From an uncultured bacterium (GTDB lineage Bacteria > Zhuqueibacterota > QNDG01 > CAYUAG01), in the NCBI GenBank assembly GCA_964442615.1, contig CAYUAG010000003.1, positions 2,346-66,345 of the forward strand: 64,000 bases of DNA, read 5' to 3'. Below the pieces are notes generated by a model. It worked only from the letters and a program-made list of their open reading frames with translations, made no database searches and had not been told where the DNA came from. Below are positions 19,804 to 29,017 of the stretch, one piece after another (within the stretch, counting starts at the first letter, position 1; each line of letters begins with the position of its first letter). Both the position numbers and the translations under genes were made by a program.

Positions 19804-20068
19804 AATGTCAACAGCTTGTTTTTTCCCTCCAATTTTTCAAGTTTTACTATTTTCAGTAATATCCTATACAGAATTGTAACTTTATCAGAATTCGCCCCGA
19901 ATCAGTAAAAGAATATCTCTTGACCATTGCTTATAAGGGATTTTTAGAGCTCCGGTGGAGAAGAATGTGAGGTTTGTCTGAAAAATGGTTTTACTGATTC
20001 ACCATCTAAACCTGATAAAATATTCAAATCGGAACTTATACTCCCAAGAGTTAAGACTGTACATCAGA

Positions 20069-20150
20069 GGTTACCAGATATTGATTGAGCAGCTTTTATG
20101 TTACCGGTTCTGTATGAACTTACCTTAGGCTAAAATTGCTAGTAACCTCC
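20069..20150. promoter_or_regulatory. Cluster of imperfect GTTACC-type direct repeats, a candidate LytTR operator upstream of the second ABC operon
   Basis: GGTTACCAG (20069), TGTTACCGG (20099) and CTTACCTTA (20119), plus an inverted copy GTAACCTCC (20142). The last two direct copies are about 20-21 bp apart, the spacing typical of LytTR direct-repeat sites. Found by eye only. Confidence 0.2.
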
Positions 20151-20399
20151 TACAGTCCTTTATGACGGCTGTGGTAAAGATACATCGCTTTAGGAAAAAA
20201 TTAATCAGTTTGTTATTTAAAATTGATATTTTTGGTTTGACCTTTTTTTCTTAAATAAATGCAATTCTTTTTCTAACAGAAAACATTGTAACTTTTCGTT
20301 TGCTTATGCATAGTATGATTAGAAAAACAATACAGCCAATTTTCTGATTAGGTCTGTGTTCGTATAGTATCACATTAACTGATAATAAAAGGAGTAGAT

Positions 20400-21269
20400 A
20401 TGCATTTAGAAATTCAAGATCTTTCAAAGGTATATACTAATGGAGTGGTTGCTTTAAAAAATGTATCTCTGAACATCCAGACTGGAATGTTCGGATTATT
20501 AGGGCCAAATGGTGCTGGAAAGACCACTTTGATGAGAATAATTGTTACCCTGTTGGAAGCTGATAATGGAACTATTCAACTTGGAGACATCAATATCCTT
20601 AAAGAAAAAATCAGATTGAAAAAAGTATTGAGTTATTTGCCACAGGAGTTTGGATTTTATCCAAAAGCAAGAACCTATAACCTGCTTGATCATTTTGCCA
20701 TGCTGAAAGGAATTAGGGAAAGAAAAATACGTAAACAAGTTGTGGAACATCTTTTAAAGCGAGTGAATCTCTGGAATGCCAGAAAGCAAAGATTGGGTAC
20801 GTATTCGGGTGGTATGAAACAGCGTTTTGGTATTGCATTGACTTTACTTGGGAATCCTCAATTAATTATTGTTGATGAACCTACAGCCGGCCTGGATCCT
20901 GCAGAGCGGAATCGTTTTTATAATGTATTAAGCGAGATTGGTGAAAATATTGTGGTGATACTTTCTACTCATATTGTGGAAGATGTTAGTGTCTTATGCA
21001 CCCATATGGCTATTATCAACAATGGTGAAATTCTATTAAAAGAAAGGCCAATTGCTGTCCTTTCAGCTATAAAAGGGAAACTGTGGGAAAAGGAAATAGA
21101 AAAAGTTGAATTATCCTACTATGAGGAAAAATATAAAGTCATTTCAACAAGATTATTTTCAGGAAAAACATTCATTCATATTTATTGTGAAGATAATCCA
21201 GCCAATGGATTCTCCCTCTGTCAGGCAACTTTAGAAGACGCCTATTTTTATCATTTAAACAAGAATTAA
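20400..21269 (+). CDS. ABC transporter ATP-binding protein, paralog of 17003-17869
   Basis: Walker A GPNGAGKTT, signature YSGGMKQR, Walker B LIIVDEPTAGLD. Same C-terminal extension as the first ATPase (ATLEDAYFYHLN). Confidence 0.85.
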   Translation: MHLEIQDLSKVYTNGVVALKNVSLNIQTGMFGLLGPNGAGKTTLMRIIVTLLEADNGTIQLGDINILKEKIRLKKVLSYLPQEFGFYPKARTYNLLDHFAMLKGIRERKIRKQVVEHLLKRVNLWNARKQRLGTYSGGMKQRFGIALTLLGNPQLIIVDEPTAGLDPAERNRFYNVLSEIGENIVVILSTHIVEDVSVLCTHMAIINNGEILLKERPIAVLSAIKGKLWEKEIEKVELSYYEEKYKVISTRLFSGKTFIHIYCEDNPANGFSLCQATLEDAYFYHLNKN

Positions 21270-21290
21270 TCCCATGAAAGGATATCCAAG

Positions 21291-24200
21291 ATGTTCCTTA
21301 CTATTTATTTTCATGAAATTAGAGAAAACTGTAAGAGTATTTCCTTTTTTATATTTGCTGTTGTCCTGTTTGGTCTTGCCTATTTAAATGCTTCCAATAC
21401 CAGCTCCAGTATGGTGGTTATTATCCAACATGGGCAATCGTTGCATAATGCTCCATTATTCATTGCTCGGTTTATGGCAATTATGTCTGTTTTATCGCTG
21501 TTATTTACAATTAGAATTGTTGGAAGGTCAGTTGTTAAAGATTTTCAAGCTAATATGCATGATTTTTATTTTACCATGCCGATAAGAAAGGTAGTTTATC
21601 TTATGGGAAGATTTTCTGCAGGTATTACTACTAATACAATTATCTTTATAGGAGCTTTATTGGGAATTATTATTGGATGTTCAGTTATTGAGGCGAGATA
21701 CATCGGGACACATCAACTGTCTGCCTATTTGTTTACCTTATTTATCATTCTTATTCCTAACCTGGTTATTATAGGCAGTGTTTTTTTCTCTATAGCGACC
21801 CTTAGTCGTAAAATGATAACTACATACATTATTGGCGTTGCTTTTGTAATGATCTATTTTATTGTCACCCTTGGTATTGCTGATACAAGTCATGAAAATG
21901 TTAAGGTTCTTGCTGATCCTTTTGGAATAGGTTTTTTAGAAGTGGTATCAAAATATTGGACAATTACTGAAATCAACCACAATCTGATTCCCCTTAATAA
22001 GCTTATCATTATGAATCGAATCATCTGGCTTGCAATCAGTATGGGAATTTTTTTCTTTACTTGGAGCAGATTTAAATTTGTCTCTGTATTAGAGACAAAG
22101 GGGGTGAGAAACAATAAGATAAAATGCAGTATTATTTTACTCTTAATAAAAACAAAAAATATTTTTAAAAAATATGGAAGTTATTTGTTCTCAACTCCTA
22201 AAGAAAAATTAATTTCAATGGATAAGAAATCTTCAGAATCCAAAATGGTTACAGACTACAGTCATCTACCAGAGTCTGTAATTATTGATTCGTTTATCAT
22301 TCAGCTACAGAAATGTTTTCGTCTTATGGTTGTGGAGTTTAAGAATATTGTTTTTCATCCTGCCTTCATCCTTATTACTATAGTAGCCTTGCTTCAAATT
22401 TATATCAATTTTACCAGTCACGATGTAATGGAAAGTGTTACATATCCGCTTACATCAATATACCTGCAGCATGTAAAAAATATCGACATATTTCTTATAT
22501 TAATCACCTTGGTTTTTAGCGGGATGGTTGTATGGAGAGAAAGAGATTATCAATCGAATGAGCTGTATGATGTGCTTGCTTTACCTGATTGGATGGTACA
22601 TTTCTCCAAACTTTTTTCAATCTTAGCCATGCAATTATGTGTCTTAATGCTCTGTATCTTTCTAGGGATTTTTACACAGGTGGTTATTTATGGGTATACC
22701 AACATTGAATTGAATCTTTATGTAAAATCGCTGATTGGTATTCAGGTATTACGTTATTTTTATCTGGCAGTACTGTTTATCTTTGTACAAAACCTTGCCA
22801 ACAATAAATATATTGGTTATTTAGTTTGTGTCTCATTAATAATGATAGGCGTTTTTGTCCCTCAATGTATTGAGTCTGATATAAGCTTATTTCAATATGG
22901 TAGTCTTCCAGTTTATATTTATTCAAATCTCAATGGATATGGTCATTTTGTAACTGTCCTGATCTGGTATCAAATCTATTGGTTCTGTCTGGCATTTATT
23001 ATTGTGATAGTTTCAAATATTCTTTGGCGCAGAAGTAAGGAAACTAGGCTGAAATTCAGAATTAAAAATGCAGTGAATAATTTCAACAAAAAATATGCAT
23101 TAACATTATTTATTTTAACTATTTTATGGTTACTGGTAGGTTGTTATATCTATTATAATAATCACATCCTTAATAAATACCTTACTGAAAACAAGCAAAA
23201 ATCAAAACTGGCAACCTATGAAAAAAAGTATAAGCAATATCAGAATTCTCCTCACCCAAGTATCACCCATGTTAATCTTGAGGTAGAGTTATATCCAGAA
23301 GATCGAGATGTATTTATTAAAGGTTTATATAGGCTACAAAATAAAACCCTACAAAAAATTAACCATATTCATATTGGTTTGTCTGATAGAAAAATCTCCA
23401 GGATACATAAGTTTGCATTTTCAGCGGAGACAGAAGTTGTATTAGAAGATAAAGAGCATTGGTTTTTTATATATCATCTTAAAGAACCTTTATTACCTGG
23501 TGCAGAATTAGAAATTGATTTCGATTTTGATATTCTTACCAATAGCTTTTCCATAAACAATCCTAAAAATGAATTAGCACATAACGGTATGGTTATTACA
23601 AATTTTCCTCTGCTACCACCTGAATATTTACCCCAGATTGGCTATAATCAATATTTAGAGTTAAGTAATCAATATGATAGAGAACTATACGGTTTACCGA
23701 AACGTTATCAAATTGTTTCTTTTGATGACAGTATTGAGTATAATACAACAATATTTCGTGATCTTGTGAGCTATGAAGCAGTCATCAGTACAAACAAACC
23801 TCAGATAGCTGTGACAAATGGAGAACTGGTAAAATCATGGATAGATAACAACAGGAATTATTTCCACTATAAAACCGATTCTCAAATGAATAATGCATTG
23901 GTTATTCACTCTGGAGAGTATCAATTAAAGAAGGAAACATATAAAGGCTTACTTGTTACAGTTTATTACAATAAAAATCATGCTTACAATATTCAGCGAA
24001 TAATGGATGGCATTAAGTATGCTTATGATTATTGTTCACTGAATTACAGCCCATATACTTACAAAGATTTAAGAGTGGTGGAAGTACCAAATTGCTGGGT
24101 TTTTTTACGAGGTGGGGTGCTGTCATTACCTGCTCTTTTTTCATGGAGTGAAGATGCGGGTTTTATTGATAACCTGGAAAGGGATCACGCTCCTGATAAT

Positions 24201-24989
24201 GTTTTCCCAATTGCTGCACATGAAATGGCGCATCAGTGGTGGGCCCATACAGTCAGACCCGCCTCTGTTCAAGGAGCTGAATTTGTGGTTGAGACAATGG
24301 CCATGTGGGTGCAGATCATGTGCATGCAGAAGGAACAGGGATTGAAGAAAACACAGAAATACTTGAAACATGAAATGGTTGATTATTTACGATTCAGGAG
24401 TGGTGAGATGAATGCGGAACAGCCTTTAGTTTATTCAGAAGGACAAGGATATGTAAGCTATCAAAAGGGCGTGGTGGCTATGTATGCTTTGCAGGATTAT
24501 ATTGGAGAAGATGTCGTGAATCTAGCCCTAAAAAGTATTGTAAAAAAATATGGATTTAAGAATGCTCCTTATCCAACAAGCTTAAATTTGATTAAATTCT
24601 TCAGATCCGTAACACCTGATAGTCTACAATATGTTATTACAGATTTATTCGAAACCATTACACTATACGAGAATAAAGCAGAATCTGCGGCTTATACAAA
24701 ATTGAGTAACGGTAAATTCAAGCTAAGTTTAACCATATCAAGTAAAAAATTAAGATCTGACGGAATGGGATATCAGACTGAAATACCAGTAAATGATTAT
24801 ATGAGTATAGGTGTTTTTGGTGATAATAATGAAGAGTTATACTTGAAAAAACACAAAATAAATAAAAACCAAATGACCTTTGAGATAATAGTGGATAAAA
24901 AACCAGTTAGAGCAGGCATTGATCCAAACATAATCTTGATTGATAGAAATAGAGAAAATAATATCACGACCGTAGAAAAGATTGAATAA
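21291..24989 (+). CDS. ABC-2-type permease fused to a C-terminal M1-like zinc peptidase domain, paralog of 13327-16911
   Basis: 1232 aa. Same architecture with a 13th TM (KYALTLFILTILWLLVGCYIYY) and HEMAHQWW...E zincin motif. Carries a ~40 aa insertion in the inter-module linker relative to the first copy. Confidence 0.7.
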   Translation: MFLTIYFHEIRENCKSISFFIFAVVLFGLAYLNASNTSSSMVVIIQHGQSLHNAPLFIARFMAIMSVLSLLFTIRIVGRSVVKDFQANMHDFYFTMPIRKVVYLMGRFSAGITTNTIIFIGALLGIIIGCSVIEARYIGTHQLSAYLFTLFIILIPNLVIIGSVFFSIATLSRKMITTYIIGVAFVMIYFIVTLGIADTSHENVKVLADPFGIGFLEVVSKYWTITEINHNLIPLNKLIIMNRIIWLAISMGIFFFTWSRFKFVSVLETKGVRNNKIKCSIILLLIKTKNIFKKYGSYLFSTPKEKLISMDKKSSESKMVTDYSHLPESVIIDSFIIQLQKCFRLMVVEFKNIVFHPAFILITIVALLQIYINFTSHDVMESVTYPLTSIYLQHVKNIDIFLILITLVFSGMVVWRERDYQSNELYDVLALPDWMVHFSKLFSILAMQLCVLMLCIFLGIFTQVVIYGYTNIELNLYVKSLIGIQVLRYFYLAVLFIFVQNLANNKYIGYLVCVSLIMIGVFVPQCIESDISLFQYGSLPVYIYSNLNGYGHFVTVLIWYQIYWFCLAFIIVIVSNILWRRSKETRLKFRIKNAVNNFNKKYALTLFILTILWLLVGCYIYYNNHILNKYLTENKQKSKLATYEKKYKQYQNSPHPSITHVNLEVELYPEDRDVFIKGLYRLQNKTLQKINHIHIGLSDRKISRIHKFAFSAETEVVLEDKEHWFFIYHLKEPLLPGAELEIDFDFDILTNSFSINNPKNELAHNGMVITNFPLLPPEYLPQIGYNQYLELSNQYDRELYGLPKRYQIVSFDDSIEYNTTIFRDLVSYEAVISTNKPQIAVTNGELVKSWIDNNRNYFHYKTDSQMNNALVIHSGEYQLKKETYKGLLVTVYYNKNHAYNIQRIMDGIKYAYDYCSLNYSPYTYKDLRVVEVPNCWVFLRGGVLSLPALFSWSEDAGFIDNLERDHAPDNVFPIAAHEMAHQWWAHTVRPASVQGAEFVVETMAMWVQIMCMQKEQGLKKTQKYLKHEMVDYLRFRSGEMNAEQPLVYSEGQGYVSYQKGVVAMYALQDYIGEDVVNLALKSIVKKYGFKNAPYPTSLNLIKFFRSVTPDSLQYVITDLFETITLYENKAESAAYTKLSNGKFKLSLTISSKKLRSDGMGYQTEIPVNDYMSIGVFGDNNEELYLKKHKINKNQMTFEIIVDKKPVRAGIDPNIILIDRNRENNITTVEKIE

Positions 24990-25062
24990 TTTTATTTTTT
25001 GTGACCTATATGTTTGTTGGATTTTGATGAGATTTATAGATAAACTGATTGTAAAAATTTTT

Positions 25063-25112
25063 AGACGGGATTAACAGGATATATAGTTTTATTTATTCTG
25101 TTAATCTCGTCT
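25063..25112. repeat. 15-bp inverted repeat (one mismatch) with a 20-nt spacer between convergent genes
   Basis: AGACGGGATTAACAG (25063-25077) ... CTGTTAATCTCGTCT (25098-25112). Lies in the gap between 24989 (+) and 25176 (-). No adjacent U-run, so it is not a canonical terminator. Confidence 0.3.
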
Positions 25113-25175
25113 AAATAATAGGATTCTTTATAATTACATCTGGAATGGAGTTTATATTTCGTTTTGGTTTGCTGG

Positions 25176-25859
25176 TTAATTCCCTTCTTCCAGAAGACGC
25201 AGGGTAAATCTGACCAGCTTGAATGATTCTCGAATATGAAATCCGGCCTTTCGCAGCTGATTATTTCTTAATGCTTCGCCTGATTTTAAGTAGTGATATA
25301 CAGCTTTTCTATATACATATAGTACGCGTGGATTCTCTTGATTTTCAAGATTATTTTTTACTTCATCAAGAAATTCTTTAAGCTCAATTCTTTTATCTAT
25401 AAGTTTTTCTTTAACATTTTTCAGTTTATCATGCATTTCTTCACGCACAAGTTTTACAGCTTCAATTGCTAAATATGCACTTTCTTTTATGTAATCAAAA
25501 GCTTCTTCATATTGTTCCTGTTGGACAGCTTGGATTGCATTATCTTTTGCTTCATAAGCTTTTTCTAGAATTTCCTTTGCTTCTTCATTATCATTGATGA
25601 TAACAAATTTTCGTGCTTTTTGTAACAGTTTATTTAACTTGAGTAGGGCGATTTTGAATCGTTTTATCAAGTTCTCATAAGTAGTATCAGTAAGTATTGA
25701 TTCATGTTCCAGATCGATTTCACTCTCTAGTATATACAGCTCTTCTATGGAGTTCTCTATTTGTTCTTCCGGATTAGTGGATGTGGAATTTTTACTACAC
25801 TGAGTTACTATGAAAACCAAACTGAACAACAGCACTACTGTTATACATTGTCTTACCAT
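25176..25859 (-). CDS. Hypothetical secreted/lipoprotein, predicted all-alpha coiled-coil
   Basis: Signal peptide ending ...FIVTQC (lipobox-like Cys). The rest is K/E-rich heptad-like sequence with no recognisable catalytic motif. Confidence 0.4.
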   Translation of the reverse strand: MVRQCITVVLLFSLVFIVTQCSKNSTSTNPEEQIENSIEELYILESEIDLEHESILTDTTYENLIKRFKIALLKLNKLLQKARKFVIINDNEEAKEILEKAYEAKDNAIQAVQQEQYEEAFDYIKESAYLAIEAVKLVREEMHDKLKNVKEKLIDKRIELKEFLDEVKNNLENQENPRVLYVYRKAVYHYLKSGEALRNNQLRKAGFHIRESFKLVRFTLRLLEEGN

Positions 25860-26545
25860 GATTTTCTCCTTTCTGATTGTGATTATTTTTTAGATTAATT
25901 ATCAGTTTTATGATGATTTACATTTATATGAACGTAGGGATAATGAGAATATTGTGTTCAATTGTTACTTTTATATTTTTTTTGGGAAAATGTACAGAAT
26001 TTTTGAATTTGGTTAGAATAGGGGAGATTTTACGTGGCATGAAAGCTTCACCTTCCCTAAAAAAAATAAATTTTATGCAACCTTTTTGGTTGATTATGTG
26101 TCATATATATAGAGAGAAATTAAAATAATTTAAAATATGGAATAGGATGATGAAGAAAAGGCAGATTACTCGTTTTGAAGCGGAAGATTTAATCAAAAAA
26201 ATGGAGGTACTTTATTCTGAGATTCAATGTAAACAGAAGGAAATGCAAATTTTATTCAGGCTTTCTAATAGTAAACAATTTTTTGTGATTTATAATTTGA
26301 GCAGTCATAATAAAAGTTATTATATTGTGGAATGAAATTTTTTTATTATATTATTATATATTAATAGGTAGATATAACAAAGAAAACATTGATGAAAAGA
26401 TTTTCATATTTTTGATTAATAAATCATTATAAGAGTAACTTTTTACTTTTTTAAAAAATCGTATATAAATGTTATTAATTTAAAATTAAAAGTTTACTCA
26501 TGTTTTTGAAGTTTTTAGAAAAGTTTTAAAAAATTAGTTACACAA

Positions 26546-26749
26546 TCAATCTATTAATTTTACGTTTTCAGCTTGTGGTCCTTTATCTTTTTCAACAATA
26601 TCAAACTCTACTCGATCACCTTCATTCAGTGCTTTAAAACCATCCATAGAAAGTGCAGTAAAATGGACAAAGACATCCTCTCCATCTTCTCTTTTTATAA
26701 ATCCATATCCTTTGTTTCTACTAAACCATTTAATAGTACCCTGAGGCAT
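26546..26749 (-). CDS. cspA: Cold-shock protein (CspA family, S1-like cold-shock domain)
   Basis: [33 protein letters not shown]... is a textbook CSD sequence with RNP1/RNP2 motifs (KGYGFI, VFVHF). It is flanked by long AT-rich leaders typical of csp genes. Confidence 0.9.
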   Translation of the reverse strand: MPQGTIKWFSRNKGYGFIKREDGEDVFVHFTALSMDGFKALNEGDRVEFDIVEKDKGPQAENVKLID

Positions 26750-26908
26750 ATTTTACCCTTTCTTTTAATAAAATATTAACTGAGATTAATAATTTATTTT
26801 AGTAATTTTTATAAAATATAAAATAATTGGGTAAATAATGCAAGATAAAATTGCAATTCAAATTTTTTTTCCTTAAATTAGTTACTTTAGAAACAAAGGA
26901 GAAAATCA

Positions 26909-27217
26909 ATGGCATACACTTTTATTGAGCTTAAAAAGAAAACCCTTGCTGATTTAAAAAAAATTGCGAAAGAGATAGATCATGAAGCAGTTAAAGGATA
27001 TACCCAGATGAATAAAGATCATTTGTTTGAGGCAGTATGCAAAGCTTTAAATATTCAAATGCATGAGCATCACGAAGTTAAGGGTGTTGATAAAACCGCA
27101 ATAAAGAAACAAATCAAAGAATTAAAGAAGAAAAGAGATAAAGTACTTGAAACTCATGATCATAAGAAACTTAAGGAAGTACGTCAGAAGATTAAAAAGT
27201 TAAAAAAAACGTTATAA
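26909..27217 (+). CDS. Small lysine-rich protein with an N-terminal Rho_N-like (Rho termination factor N-terminal / SAP-like) motif
   Basis: ELKKKTLADLKKIAKEIDHEAVKGYTQMNKDHLFEAVCKAL fits the Rho_N consensus (L.eLk.k.l.eLkeiAkelgi.g.s.mrK.eLi.ai). The highly basic K-rich C-terminal tail suggests nucleic-acid binding. Confidence 0.4.
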   Translation: MAYTFIELKKKTLADLKKIAKEIDHEAVKGYTQMNKDHLFEAVCKALNIQMHEHHEVKGVDKTAIKKQIKELKKKRDKVLETHDHKKLKEVRQKIKKLKKTL

Positions 27218-27317
27218 AAAGCAACTGTATAAAACCTTTTTGGAAAGAGACCAACAAGTAATACATTAGTTTTAATTTTTTTAAGAAATGTATGGTTGAT
27301 TATTTTTTATAAAATAA

Positions 27318-29006
27318 TTATTTCCTTTCCCTTTTATAAACAACCTTCCCGCCAATAATTGTATATACAACCTTGGTTTTTAAAATATCTTGATAAGGAA
27401 TTTTTAAAATATTTTTATCAAGGATTACAATATCTGCTAATTTTCCAGATTCAAGAGAACCCTTTTCATCTTCTCTTAACTCAGAATAAGCAGAACCTAT
27501 AGTATACGCTTTAATTGCTTCTTGGATTGTTAATTTTTCGTTGGGATACCATCCATTAGAAGGATGGCCCATAGTATCCTTTCTGGTTATAGCAGTATAG
27601 ATTCCATATAATGGATTTAAAATACCATGGGGATAACCAGAACCTAAGGCAAGCATAGCTCCACTTCTATTTATTGAAGCTAGGGGATAAGCAAACTTGG
27701 TTCGGTGTATACCTACTTTCTTATCCATCCATCTAATAGCATCCATACAGAGGTTGGGATTTATTATAGTAACTATATTTAAATCCTTAAGTTTATCAAT
27801 TATATTTGGATTTAAAATTTCTACTCCCTCAAGGCGAAAACGTCGTTTTTTTATTTCATTTACAGTATGGGCAAATTCAAATACTTTAATTGTATTTTTG
27901 ACTGCTGCATCACCGGCAGCATGTATTTCCACTAGAAGGTTATTTTGGTCAGCAAAAATGATTAATTCACTGAGTTTTTCAAAGGAAATTTGAGATATAC
28001 CATTTGTTGATGATTTGTCAGAATAGGGTACTGATAATAGAGCTGTACGAGATTTAATACTTCCATCAATATTTATTTTTAAAGGATTAATATAGATTTT
28101 ACTATTCTGGAAATTATTTTTAAATGTAATATATTCATTAATATCTTTTTTTAAGGGATAAGAGAGGGATATTCTACAGTTAAATTTTTTCTGTTTCTCT
28201 AATTCTTGAATAAAGGGTATAATTTCAATTGATGATTTATCCTGTAAAGTTGTAATTCCTAATTGTTCTGCCTGTTGAATACTTTCATTAATAATTTGTC
28301 TAATGTCTTCATCTGGGATTTCTGGTAAGAACTGAAAAACCAGATCAATTGCTCTCTCTTTTAATATTCCAGTAGTATTTCCTGTTCTTGGATTTTTTAA
28401 AATTTTCCCTCCGGGCGGGTCAGATGTAGCGTTCCAGATTCTTGCAATCCGGAGAGTTTTTGAGTTAACAAGTGCTACATGACCATCATCATTAAAAAAA
28501 ATCATAGGAACATAGGGAGCTATTCTGTCTAAAATTGATTTATGAGGCCAGTCATCGAGGTTTAGTATTGTTTGATCCCATCCTTTTGCAATAACCCATT
28601 TATCATAATCATTATTCTCCCGGATTCTTTTTAATACTTTTTGCTGTATTTCAAGGGTAGTAATCGCATTACTAAGATCCAAAGCATTACTAAACCGGGC
28701 ATTTGTGAGAAGCTTTACATTAGCATCATTGAATCCAGGACAGCCAAATTTTCCTTTAAGATCAATTGTTTTAGTATTATTGTTGGAATATTTAAGAGCT
28801 TCTTTATCGTTCCCGACAAAGAGAATACGCTCATCTTTGATTACAACAGCTTGAGCAAGAGGATTATTTTCATCAACAGTAAAAAATGTTCCATTTTTTA
28901 AGATGAGATCTGCTGAGGTTCTAGTATTTGAGCAAACAGAAAAATAAATAATTACAAACAAAACTATTAAAATTAAAATAAAATAAAGATAATAGATTTT
29001 TTTCAT
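27318..29006 (-). CDS. Secreted metal-dependent amidohydrolase (Amidohydro_3 family)
   Basis: Signal peptide. N-terminal AVVIKDERILFVGND and C-terminal GKLADIVILDKN blocks are typical of the amidohydrolase-3 family. Last gene of a tight three-gene minus-strand module. Confidence 0.7.
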   Translation of the reverse strand: MKKIYYLYFILILIVLFVIIYFSVCSNTRTSADLILKNGTFFTVDENNPLAQAVVIKDERILFVGNDKEALKYSNNNTKTIDLKGKFGCPGFNDANVKLLTNARFSNALDLSNAITTLEIQQKVLKRIRENNDYDKWVIAKGWDQTILNLDDWPHKSILDRIAPYVPMIFFNDDGHVALVNSKTLRIARIWNATSDPPGGKILKNPRTGNTTGILKERAIDLVFQFLPEIPDEDIRQIINESIQQAEQLGITTLQDKSSIEIIPFIQELEKQKKFNCRISLSYPLKKDINEYITFKNNFQNSKIYINPLKINIDGSIKSRTALLSVPYSDKSSTNGISQISFEKLSELIIFADQNNLLVEIHAAGDAAVKNTIKVFEFAHTVNEIKKRRFRLEGVEILNPNIIDKLKDLNIVTIINPNLCMDAIRWMDKKVGIHRTKFAYPLASINRSGAMLALGSGYPHGILNPLYGIYTAITRKDTMGHPSNGWYPNEKLTIQEAIKAYTIGSAYSELREDEKGSLESGKLADIVILDKNILKIPYQDILKTKVVYTIIGGKVVYKRERK

Positions 29007-29017
29007 TTTAAAACTTT

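Noticed and set aside
25860-26545. Long AT-rich gap with two small ORFs (25910-26128, 26147-26335) upstream of cspA
   Set aside because: The ORFs are low-complexity with no motifs. Long AT-rich leaders are normal for cold-shock genes. No repeat structure (CRISPR-like or otherwise) was visible.
26909-27217. Possibility that the K-rich small protein is a histone H1-like (Hc1) nucleoid protein
   Set aside because: The N-terminal 40 aa fit Rho_N better than Hc1. The tail lacks the AKKA-type repeats of H1-like proteins. It is kept as a Rho_N-like protein with low confidence.
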